A DNA stretch of 52,868 bases from Seison nebaliae (Eukaryota): contig JALJEE010001876.1 in the NCBI GenBank assembly GCA_023231475.1, positions 1 to 52,868 on the forward strand, in the 5' to 3' direction. This document shows positions 40,701-52,868 of this stretch, in pieces. Under the pieces are notes generated by a model that did no database searches, had not been told where the DNA came from, and was given only the letters and a program-made list of their open reading frames with translations. Each line of letters starts with the position of its first letter. The stretch's first letter is position 1. The translations under genes and the position numbers were made by a program.

Positions 40701-42158
40701 TGGAGTGCGAGAAAGGTGAAGGTGACGAAATAGATCTGTCTGCTCTTACTATAATCGGAAAAGAAGGAATACTATCAAGAACATTTGTCTGATTGTTGAG
40801 GAATGAAAATATTTCGTTCACTCAGTTTCTTCATCATACGAAAATTATTATCATTTTCACATTAATCGCTTTTCATTTCTTATTATAAGAAAACCAGAAC
40901 TGATGTCAGTTTAAGATAACTATGTTATATTACCCATTATACATTTCTTATGTTAAAAGAATTGCTTTCTTATGAATTTCTCCTACCTATTACGTGGAAG
41001 AACATAATTGATTTCGTTGACTAACAATATCGTAAGTTATATTTTCTTCCATAATACCTGTGAGATAGCATCCGTTATTAATAATCTATAACCGTAGATT
41101 CTATGGTTGTAGAAGAATGATGAACTGTTATTATCGATAAAGTGATGAAGAAAGACAATAATTATTATAATTCCATTTCTTTCCTCAATTATCTGGTGAG
41201 ACTGCACATTATATTTATATATATTGTGAATCACACAGAATGTGATTTAATCACAATTTGTGATTAAAGTTTCCATTAACATTGTTTCTTATGGCACACT
41301 TGATGAAATAATATTTATGTCGAAGGAAAATCGTTAAACTCTCACGGAATAAGAGTGTACTGACAAAGCGAATGAGAGTTCCTTCAAATATTTTCTTCTT
41401 CTTAAATATCAAAATATGGAAATGATTTCCTATTATCATTATTGTTATTTGAACATGATTTTCTCATTTAGTTCCGGTCTTCCTCTTTAAACACGTGGTT
41501 GATTGGTTCTATTACCTTCATCATCTTTTGTTGCCTCACCCATTATTTGGTGTAATCGGCGGAAGTGTTTGTTCGATTATTAGTTGAAATTCATTTTTTC
41601 TTCTTCCATTTATTTAAAGATTCATCAGTTCTTCTATCGGACAACTGTCCTATACAGATTTTTCCTATATCGAATAGGTTCCTTCTTATAATATCCATTA
41701 CCATTTCCCAATATCATGAAAGGAAAAACTTTCAGAATATATGTCCGATGCAAGAGAAACAATAAAATAATTTTGTCCCAAATACACAACTGGCAGACTC
41801 ACATATTTCTACTCCTTTACCTTTGTCTATTTAACCAAAAGACCTTTATGGTTTTCTGATGGTTTAAATGTAAGTAAATTTAGGTTTTCCTCATTCAACC
41901 GAATCATTCTTCTTACTCCCCCGGTCTTAAATCGACAACAACTGTTATTTCTTTATAGGAAATAAGCAGGAAATTTCACATTTAATTTTCAATCACTCTC
42001 CTTTGTCGAAAAACGATGAGAAGGTCATCCCGTACGTGAAGTTCAAGTAGCCGATGGTCATTTAGCCATGTGGTGTATATGTAGGAAAACTTTATTTATA
42101 CAAAATGTGTCAATAAATAACGAGAATCATTGTAATATTTTCTGTATACTTCGATGAA

Positions 42159-44167
42159 TTAGAGAAAGTGAAAAAATAAAAAAATAAAATAAATGATCAT
42201 TTGATGGTATAATTCTTGTAAGGTCATTTGATTTATTGTACAACTCCGGTTCGTTCCATAAAAGTTTACTCGCGGTACTATTTTTTAAAAATATAATTCA
42301 ATTAAATAGATATTTAATAGAAACTTGATTTAGTTCTTGAATTTTCATGATCTTCGTGTAAATTCGGCAGTTTCGGCCAATGGTCCGTCCTCTTCGAGTA
42401 CTGTTGTGATGGTTGCACTAAAGTGACCGATTAAAAGAATGTTGCAATTTCTTGATTAGAAATTTAAAAAAAAGAACTTGTTAGTTGAGCTATAGATGAA
42501 TGTTTCCCATAAATATTCATCGCCACACATTCATATAATCCCATATCTTCGAAAGAAACGTTCTGTTTGAAATTATCATAAAATTATCATTTGACTAAAA
42601 AATGTGCGAACTTGAATAATTAATCGTAAGCGATAGATATGACCATTAATGTGCCTTCGGTTTTCTAATTCATTTAATTGGACAATACTCTTCTTCTTCA
42701 AATCGGTACATTCATCAGATGATGATATTCCCAAATTCCAAATTCCTGGAATTATATGACAATCGTCTCTTAATCGCCTCCAATATAATCGATCTTTTGG
42801 GTTTGTTCTTATGATACAATTTATTTCTGTTGTTTCTTTCAGAGTACCTATAATTAACGATCTCGAAACATGTTGATTTATGGCAGGAAATAATTCGAAT
42901 TTCTTCTTATTCAAATTCTTATTCTTATTCAAAAGTTTATTTAGTTTCACCAAATCGACTTCTTTCAATAAATTCTGTTTCGATAAATTGATCATTGTTG
43001 TTGGACTGCCTTCGATGTTCAACCTGATGATTTTTGAAGAAGCTGGTTCCACTCCATTATTCGCTACACATTCCACACGATTAGGAGCCGCTCCAATAAG
43101 TACATCAGTAAATGTAAAAATTGACATTTGTTCGTCTTCTAAAAGAAATTCAAAAGTTGAATTTGAAAAATTAAAATAAATTTTTTTTAAATCAAAACCG
43201 ATCGTTCTCATTAATTTGTTATTTTGATAGAAGAACCAGAAAATTTTCGGTCTTGGATTACCCAACGCCGAACAGCGAATTGTTACATCATCTCCTTCTC
43301 TCACCGTCACGTGGCCAACGGTGGTATTAGCCTCGAAACGTGGTGGCTCTAAATAATGAGATTCATGAAAGAATTTAATTGAAAATGGAATTAAAGAATT
43401 ATTAATGAACCTAATACTTCCAATTTGACCGATTGTAAAGTGGATTTTATTGGTTTTAATAAATTCTTCAAATTTTCAAAGTCATTTGATCGTTTTGATA
43501 CTTCGTCGACTGTCGATAAAGAAAATCGACGTTTATGATGTTTGATATTGGTATTATATTTCATTTCCATAACAACGATCGGCTCAGTCCAAAGAATATC
43601 ACAAGCGTATTCATCCGCATCTTTCGGTTCAATGTCTTGAATAAGCAGATCCCACACCTGGAAATAATGTTCCACGAATCTCTCAGCGATAACCTTCGAC
43701 TGAAAAGTGGGAGATTCGTTATCGATCTGATTAGTTCGGTAAGTCAATTTCTTGAAAACAGTCAAATTCAATGGACGTCGTACGGGCATGAGCCTCAACC
43801 GTTTATCTGTATTCAAACTTTTATCATTGAACGATAAAATATCACCAGAACTTATTTTCATCCAAACTATCTATTTCCATTTAAATATTTAAAAGTTCAT
43901 AAATTTAAATTATTATGAAATGAACTTTCGAAATATCCGGAATATTATCAGCAGCAAAATGATCGATATTTGGTAAGAAGCAAGGTAATTGAACTGCATG
44001 CCCATTAATTCCACGAACAACAACTAAATCATTTAATTCTAGATAATTCAATAAAATAATTACTACAATCAATATTGGAAATAAAGTAAGAAACCTTCGG
44101 TATGAATCCAATTGAGAATTTGAAATAAAAAAATTAATTTCGTCCTAGCCACATGACGAAAGAACAT
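42159..44167 (-). CDS. Three-Ig-domain cell-surface protein, Lachesin/DIP/IgLON-like, probably GPI-anchored, 8 exons
   Basis: Signal-peptide-like MFFRHVARTKLIFLFQILNWIHT; Ig motifs WDLLIQDIEPKDADEYAC, VREGDDVTIRCSALGNPRPKIFW and DMGLYECVAMN; hydrophobic C-terminus MIIYFIFLFFHFL*. Introns at 44039-44094, 43871-43925, 43349-43410, 43139-43198, 42563-42611, 42418-42477 and 42278-42324. Confidence 0.8.
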
Positions 44168-47100
44168 GATGGGGAACGTGGGGAAATGTTAAGAAAGAAA
44201 TACTTCTATTTCTTTGACGAATTTATTATCTGTCTTCTAAGCAGATCTTTCTCGATTGACATTAGATAGTGATTGATAAGAGTCAGATTTTTTTTATTGC
44301 CTTCCAGCATCAAAAGGAGAAAAATCTAATTCAACTGAAATGAAATGAAGAAATAACAATGGGATGAAAAGAAGATGAGAACGTGAAGACGAAAAAGGAG
44401 AGAATGGTCCTTCATTCTCAACTTGTCAATGAATGAATGAATGAATATGGCGGAAATGATGATTGGGAATATTGGGGGGTATGAAATGAAGCGATCAGCT
44501 CACAAGTAGTTTATATTGTTAATAAAAGAAAGAACTTTATTGAATGAAGTTCATTCATTGAAGCATTTCTATCAATATTCTTACTTTTCAAGTGTGCAAT
44601 GAAATCAAATATTTATTTCAATCACCCACCAATCATCCACACTTTCCCAATAACTTCTTATTAAATGGGAGGGAAAATTGAACCACTTCCGATTATAATA
44701 AGCAGTCAACAGGTGCTACTAACAATTAACCGCAGTTTTATTACAATAGAGAACTTTATGAAAAGTAACAAAAATCCCAACAGCTTTCTCACTCCAATAT
44801 CATATCCAAAATTAATTTTTGATTTTCTTTTCCTTCTATTCTCTTTTAGGTCCACCCCATAAAAGAATTTTGCATAAATTTCACAAAAGTTAATATGATT
44901 AAAAAAAATTATTGTTTTTTACTTTTGAACAATAATCATTATTCAACTATCTGAAGCCAAGAATAATAATGGACGGAACGAGTAGAACGCGAAAAGACGA
45001 AACAATAAAATACATGTATGATAGGTAAAGGAATGAGATGTTCATGATGGTGAGTGTTAGGAAGGCAAATAAGCAATGAATAACGGCTATTCTCACGTTT
45101 AGCAGATTATGTGATGGAATAAATTCGAGGCAGCGTCTCATATTTATAATCACATGAACGAATTTAGTTAACCGACTTCTTTCATTTGACACATTTATAA
45201 CGACTAACGAAACTTTCGTTCATTATAATCGTACTTTTTGGTAAAACTGTCGAATTAATCGAAATTTATAGAAGAAGTAAATTACTTTCGACCAAATCAA
45301 TAATCATCGAAGAAATTTTTAACTTGAAATAAAACAAATATTATAAATAAATTGACGATGATGTTAAATAGATGAGATGAGTGAAAATTAATAGAATTAT
45401 TCGCTTCTAAAAACTTATTTCCTTAACAAAATAAAAACAAATATCAATAAATTCTTCCCAATCATTCTTCGGTTTCCCACTACTACAACTCCATTCTTAT
45501 TTAAAGATTAATTGATTAAATGAATAGTTTGGAAGGGACTGATGACATAATCGCAAGTTTGCTTGACTAGTCGAATCTAATGATTTGGATGATTCGAGAT
45601 AACGGAAGAAGATCACAACAAGACTCATATACAAAGTATATCATACATCATCATCATCAACATCATCAAATGAATATCGGAAATTTTAGTAGTAATCGAA
45701 TTCTCTATAGGGAATCATTGGGCGTATTTTCTTCTTCAAATGTTTCTCTGAAAGCACACGAAATGAGAATAATGGATAGTTGTACATTGAAACATATGAA
45801 TATTTGTATGTGGTTCATTCCATTTCCGCTTACATTCCACAACCACAACCTCTAAATAAACATTTCTATTCAAAAACATATTGTTATCTGTTCTCCCACA
45901 AACATACTAATATTTTCAATAAAACTATTTCTCCATTTTACTTCGATTGTTGCTCATCATTTTTTAAGTTGTTCGTTCTATTTCCAATTTCATTCCGCTT
46001 CTAATTCTTCACATCTCCTGTCCCCTCTAATGTACCTATTGTATTCGATGTATCGATGATTTGGATTCATAAAAGAATGAAAAAAGAAAGTGAAAATGAT
46101 TCCTTATTTTCACAAAAGTGACTTTTGAATATTATCTGCATAATTTGTGTAACAATCGTTAATTAGCTGATGATATGCAAATATTACATAAATACCACTA
46201 ACACAGCATGAATCAGCCATAAATATTAACATATCATTTATCGATGATAGGAATCAACTCATTTCATTAATTACCATTTTCAATTAGAACGAAACAAACT
46301 GTTGTTATAATATGAAAATTATTACGCTTCCGAAAATGTTATTCTGATCGCTCTCAAATAATATTATGAGTAGAAAGTGATTATTCTTTCCATGTAATAA
46401 TTGAAAGATGTTTTTTACTTAAATTCTTCAAATAATATCAAATAGTCTCAAAGTTCTGACGAATGAAATAGTTGTGGGAGAAAAGTTAGTTTTAGAAAAA
46501 GAAACACAAAAGAAAAGGACATAAAATCAACTTCTCCATTAGAAAAGAAAACCGATTAATATTTTTTCAATCGACTTCATTCTCAAAACAAGAATTAGAA
46601 CGGAAGTCGTATTATCACCTGCTACTTCGCGTCCATTCTCAGTAATTTTCAGGGGAAACTTCAAGAAATGTGTCTTGACAGTCGAAAAAGAAAATAAATG
46701 GGAATTTCTATAATTTTCCTTTTTTTCTTGACGTAATTCTCCATTATTATCAATATAATCGGAATGGAATATCGACCAGAATCACAATAGCAACAACATC
46801 ATCATTATCGCCGTTTCCATCGTCATAATAAGAATAGTTGTCCTAATAATTAGAATATGTTGACTGATTATTTGGTGGAATCACCACCATCATCACTATC
46901 TAAACGATGATCGCCGCTACCGCAATCATAATCGTCATTACTACTTTATTTACGTTCAATAAATTTTGATTCATTCTCCCTATTTATTTTAGGGAGCAGA
47001 AATGTTTACTAATTGTACGTTTCGGCTATTCATCACTCGAATATGATTTAATGAAACGATTAGTCCGATGGAAATAATGCTTATTTCTTAATTATTCTTT

Positions 47101-48541
47101 TTATTTATTCAACTCTCTCTCATATGTAATCTCTCAGTGAATAATTTACATCTTCTTCCAAAAAATAATATCCATAGGTTTTCCTCGAAAAAACAAAATC
47201 AGAAATGAATAGATTCATTTTTGGACTATCTTCGAACTATGATCATAGTTCTGATTTTGGTAGCCGCTCGATATTCATTTATCATGCTGTTCAAATTAAC
47301 ATCAAATGATTGAGGTAATTCTATCATTATCCAATGGACACACATATACAAATTACACGTCCGAATTGCTGGTAATAACGATACATAATATTGATGAAGA
47401 ATGCACAATCGAATTGAGAATGGAAATAAATACTAAATATAAATAAATTGTAATAGTCGATTAAATTCGCATGTCGAAATCGATTAAATTCCATCTATAG
47501 TGTCGATGTTTAGAGCGATCAGTAGACGGTTTTTTATTCGTCAATATTGAATCATCTGATGATGGTTTTATTAATGGTTCTGTTGTAAATATTGTTTGTT
47601 TTGTTAATTTATTTCTCTTCCTATACTAATTCTCCTTCATCGATTCTTCTGACAAGTAAACAAATATTGTTTGATTGTTAATAATGAAACGATTAATTTG
47701 ATCTATCAACTTATCATCTTCTCTGACCTCTAACTAAAATTCAATAAAAAATTAATCATCCTTTCTTTTTTTCGGTTGAAAAAGAAGAGATTGTTATTTG
47801 ATAATAATTTCTAACATATTCTATCTCTTATTCGATGATACATATCTCTCACGAATAGAGTCTTAACCAGAAAAAGGAGGATGAATTTCTCTTATGAATT
47901 CTCTTTGACTAACACTCCGATAAGTGTGATAAGAGAATGAGGATTATAATATTATAAAGTCAATTCACATATCCATTTCGAATGAAACAATAATAAGAAA
48001 TTTATACGAATTCCAAATTAATGGGAAATCATAATGGATGGTGGGATTATAAAGAAGTTCCATCGGGCCAACAGAAAACTGAATGAAAGAAACATCCCGG
48101 AAATTCATTTTAGAAAGCGATAACTCCCTAATTATGTCGAGCTTCCTCTGCTTCAGTTTGAGCTACAGAATCCCATTCACTTCTCCCATTGATCTATCCA
48201 CAAACACATTAAATATTATTCTTCAAACCATATCCATATACTACACTTCCAGATTGATTCACTTCTATGAGGAAAATATGTAATCGATTCTAATTCTCTT
48301 GTCGGATAAAAAATAATGTCGGGGAAAACTTCAACGACATTTTCATTCAATTATTAAACTAATATAATTTAATTTAATAAATTCCAACACCAAAAAAATA
48401 AAGGAGTAAATATGATTACGAGACTTCTCACACTCTACTACTTAAATATGATAATAGCCAAAGAAAAAATTTTAGTATATAAATTCAAAAAATTTTAGTT
48501 TAACTAATTAGCCGTCAATTCTCCGATCGTCAATTTGAATT

Positions 48542-49426
48542 ATGATAAGTAAGAACTTGTTCTTGAACACCAGAAATGTGTTTCCATTAACAAATGGAAT
48601 TCGGAATTATCGACGAGCTAATCGGAATATCGATTCAAAATTCCGACATTTAAGAGCACAAAAAGTAGTGAAAATTGATCTTCCAAATTTCGACGAGGCG
48701 AAAGAACATGAGAAGTTGTCAATGGAAGAACGAAGGAAGAAATCGTTGAAAGATGGAATTTCTCCATTTCGTCAATTTGAATTTCGACCAATGTTATTTT
48801 CAACGACTGGTGGCATAATTGATACTTATGTCCCACCAGAAGCTGATGGTAAATCATCGATCATTTCACAAGATGGAATGAAACAATTCTACCAATCCAT
48901 TCTCTCTAAAGGAACGGTTTATAAACATTTGAAGAAAGTGAGATCATTTGATGATGAATTCGATACGGATCTTTTTGCTGATAATGCACAAGTCATTTAT
49001 GAGAAAGCTCATAAAGCTCTCATGGATCGAAATAAACGATTACTTCATCAATTGACCACGGAAATGGCCTACAGTCAAATGACAAGTGGATTGAGAGACA
49101 AAACATTTAAATGGAAAATAGTCGAACGAATTCAGCCACCCAGAATTGTCCATGTGAAAACGCAGGAAATGTTATCAGATGAAACAATATTTGGTCAGAT
49201 TACCGTTCGAATTCATTCGAAACAAACAATTAGTGTCTATGATCGTTTTGGTTATCTGATGTTTGGCGATCCGGAAGTTCCCCGCGAAATTCTTGATTAT
49301 ATGGTCTTCGAAAAATTAATAACTGATACAAATGGTGAATGGAGATTACATACGAAAATCATACCTGAATGGCAACAAAAACAACGGAATATCAACGCAT
49401 GGAAAACGTATGTGACGACAAATTAA
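48542..49426 (+). CDS. MRPL45: Mitochondrial ribosomal protein L45 (Tim44-like domain)
   Basis: FRHLRAQKVVKIDLPNF, YVPPEADGK, GQITVRIHSKQ, YDRFG, YMVFEK and WRLHTKIIP; intronless. Confidence 0.93.
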   Translation: MISKNLFLNTRNVFPLTNGIRNYRRANRNIDSKFRHLRAQKVVKIDLPNFDEAKEHEKLSMEERRKKSLKDGISPFRQFEFRPMLFSTTGGIIDTYVPPEADGKSSIISQDGMKQFYQSILSKGTVYKHLKKVRSFDDEFDTDLFADNAQVIYEKAHKALMDRNKRLLHQLTTEMAYSQMTSGLRDKTFKWKIVERIQPPRIVHVKTQEMLSDETIFGQITVRIHSKQTISVYDRFGYLMFGDPEVPREILDYMVFEKLITDTNGEWRLHTKIIPEWQQKQRNINAWKTYVTTN

Positions 49427-49553
49427 ATTTTTTTTTTATTGTTTCAAATAAATTTTTAACAAAATTATAATTCTCTAAACGTCGCAAAAAATCAGATGGA
49501 TATGATAAATAAAATCAGATATATCGCATGAATAGATCAACAATAATTGAAGA

Positions 49554-50701
49554 TCAATAATTGATTGATTTTAAAACATTTTCAATAATTCGCCATTTAG
49601 AAGGAATAACTAGTTGTTCATATGAATGTGGCATTGTCGGTACATCCCACGAACATACTCGACTAATCGGAGATTCGAGATTGAGGAAACATTCTTTCTG
49701 AAAATGAATTTTTAAAATTAAAATTATCATAAAGAAAAAATGAAATGAACTTGTACCGTCGCTGCAATTTCTGAACCAAAACCTGATGTTTCTGGTGCTT
49801 CATGAGAAATTAATAATCGTCCTGTTTTACTTACTGATTCACAAATTGTTTCATAATCCCATGGTAATATTGTTTGTAGATCGATGACTTCACATGAGAC
49901 GTTATATTTCTCCTCGAGAATTTGAGCTGCTTCAATTACCACATGCATTTGTGTTCCCCATGACAATAAAGTGATATCATTCCCTTCTTGAACGATATCT
50001 GCTTTTGATAATGGCAATTTATACATTTTTATTGGAACATCTTCAACGGCAACTCGATATAAAATTTTTGGTTCAAAGAAAATACATGGATTATCATCAT
50101 CTATACATGATGCTAATAATCCTTTGGCACGAATTGCATTCCGTGGCATTACCACTTTCATTCCTGGCATATGTGAGAAAAAAGCTTCGGGACTTTGTGA
50201 ATGATATTGCGCTCCATGACCCACAGCACTACATGGTGTACGAATAGTTAATGGTCCACATGTCCAATTACCATAAGAACGATATCGATAACGACTCGCT
50301 TCATTCGTTATCTGATCGAATGCTGGAAATATATAATCTGCAAATTGTATCTCTGCTATTGTTCGTGCACCCATTACAGCTGAACCAATAGCAAATCCGA
50401 TAATTCCTTGTTCACTTAACGGAGTATTAAATACACGTTCTTTACCATATTTCTCCGCCAAACCAACTGTACATCGGAACACCCCACCAAAATTAACATC
50501 TTCACCAAATAATATCGTACTCTCATCTTCACCTAATTTATGATCGAGAACTTCTGTAATAACGGAAAGGAAGTTTTTTTGTTTAGTTTCTCCCAAAGAA
50601 GACGAAGGCGTTTCCGGTTGAAATTTGAAATGTAGTGAGCGCCCATTAAATTTGTGGAAATTTTTTGAGAATTGAAATAATTTTTTAAAAGAATTCATCA
50701 T
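49554..50701 (-). CDS. BCKDHB: Branched-chain 2-oxoacid dehydrogenase E1 beta subunit, 2 exons
   Basis: [39 protein letters not shown] and [10 protein letters not shown]. Intron 49698-49750; last exon [14 protein letters not shown]. Confidence 0.96.
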
Positions 50702-50846
50702 ATTTTACTTCCCAATTATCAATTTTCTTTTATTTCTCAAAATATTAATTTATTATGTAATTTTGGCAAAAAGGAATTATTAAATTCTAATAACCCAATA
50801 TTTCAAAAAGAAAAAAAATGACATATGCAGTAAGAAAAATCTTTCG

Positions 50847-50980
50847 TCCAATCATTTGTGGGGTGTACTATTTTGAAAAATGCAGATCTGTATTTCCTTT
50901 ATTTTATACAAGTGCAAGTACATGTACATTTTCGGCCAATGAAAACCAGAGAAACAAAATTGAATCTATCTCCTATAAAT
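50847..50980 (+). promoter_or_regulatory. CCAAT boxes and TATA box in the divergent BCKDHB/H4 promoter
   Basis: CCAAT at about 50848 and 50936 and TATAAAT at 50974-50980, upstream of the H4 ATG. Confidence 0.5.
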
Positions 50981-51033
50981 ATGTTCTGGGAGATAGAACA
51001 AATTATTCAATTGTGCTTTTAGCAATTCAGTAG

Positions 51034-51387
<354 letters not shown>

Positions 51388-51470
51388 ACATTGGTCCAGA
51401 ACTACAAAACATTTTATGATTGTACATTATATTACTATTTCGTTTTTGTAATTTGGGTAAATTTTTTATA

Positions 51471-51476
51471 AATAAA
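51471..51476 (+). terminator. Candidate polyadenylation signal of H4
   Basis: AATAAA 84 nt after the stop codon; no histone 3' stem-loop seen. Confidence 0.45.
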
Positions 51477-52868
51477 AGCATTAACATCGACTCAATTCTT
51501 TTTGTTAAACTTCTTTTATATTAAAATAATATTTTCCTCTAATTTTAATAGTGGGATAATAATAATTATATAATAAATATAATAACAATAAAAAGTAATA
51601 TAAATAAGTGTATTAACTGATAAATAAATAAAAATTCAGAAAATTAAGTTTATTAAACAACTTTTAAATAAAAAGAGTTTTTTGGAATTTTAATTGGAAT
51701 TATTTTAGTAAAAGCTGATTAGGTTTCTACCATTCGATTCAATGTCAGTTATTACTTTGTTTTTTATTTAATTGTGCAGTTTTATAAACGTGCAGTTTGA
51801 GTAGTTATTGAGTTATTATTAATTAGGTAATTGGTAGATGATTAATACGAAAATATAAATCGAGAATATTAGTTAGCTAATGGATATAGTAGCAGTTAAT
51901 AATAAAATGTGAAGAAAAAATAATTTTTCATTTCCAACCATACTTACCTAAAATAAAGAATGATTATTACTATGAAAAATTATTATTATTAGTACGGCTT
52001 ACAATCGGTCCATTAGGAGGATACTTTGCTGTTTGCATAGATGCAATCGTTCGCTACTTTTCCCCACCGAAAAATTAGGATCTTAAATTAGGAGAAGATA
52101 TTGTCTGCAAACTTATACTCGAAGTTTTAAATTTGATCTCTGAAATGATCATCTATATTCAACCATACTGTATCAGTTTCGTATTAATTTTAGTATTGGT
52201 ATAATGTTAAAACTTCAGAAAAGTACTTATTTAATCGAACGTGTAACGATCATCGGCCATTTATATTCATTCATTATTTGAGGGCTTTTTTTTAATTATG
52301 AAGAACAAATCTCTTAAACGTCAAAAAATTGAAATAAAGAGCTGACGTCAATAGAGTTGGAACCTTATAGCCTGACACCAAAAAGTAAATTTTTATATTG
52401 AAATCTCAAATAAGATTATAATAGATATGTATTATGTTTTTAGTACAAAGAAGACTATTAAAATTATTACATAGAATTACTAATTGGTTTCACGATATTA
52501 TTCTAGTTTATTCTACAAATTTCGTTTATCGAAATTATTAATATCGATTTTTGACGACCCTGATATTTCTTTGAAGTGGTAAAAAGTTAATAATTTCCAC
52601 AGCTTATATTTGCAGTTGAATAATAATTAACAAAATAGAGAGAGCAAATAAAGTTGTTGTTAAATTTCAGGATTTAAATTATTTTTTATTTATTATAAAA
52701 TCAAATCCCCTCGGTGTAAATTAAAAAGAAAATGAGATAGATTACTGTACATGTTATCAGTGATAAGTTTTCTTCCAATGACGATTTCATCTCTTAAATA
52801 TTCTGGAATATGAGAAGTGATATCGAAGTTAGAAGAAATGTAAAGAGCTTCATCGAAAGATTCAGGAA

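Noticed and set aside
2211..50701. Fragmented ORFs as evidence of an alternative genetic code or pseudogenes
   Set aside because: All breaks in the host genes are resolved by short GT-AG introns under the standard code.
51940..51949. ATACTTACCT, identical to the 5' end of U1 snRNA
   Set aside because: The downstream sequence is AT-rich with no recognisable U1 stem-loops or Sm site; probably chance or a minus-strand GTAAGT.

Overview
AT-rich, compact animal genomic DNA with very short introns; the taxon cannot be fixed from the sequence alone. From left to right: about 1.7 kb of nested transposon debris, then DNA polymerase alpha B subunit (+), a 9-finger C2H2 zinc-finger gene (-), SMARCAL1 (+), a PTTG1IP-like PSI membrane protein (+), phospholipase C-gamma (-), a DHRS7-like SDR (+), a large AIP3-domain SRCIN1/KIAA1217-like gene with probable alternative 5' exons (-), a GPI-type 3-Ig Lachesin/DIP-like gene (-), MRPL45 (+), BCKDHB (-) and a solitary divergent histone H4 (+). 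The strongest signal is in splicing. All 38 short introns I reconstructed by hand in seven genes (41-62 nt) begin GTT rather than the usual GTA/GTG, and the putative long-intron donors read GTTAG(T/A). This points to a shifted 5' splice-site code. Other points: a zinc-finger array predicted to read (NAT)n/(AAT)n, a 37-nt tandem gene junction, and a small TIR element with a 9-bp target-site duplication. All gene models are manual and have no transcript support.
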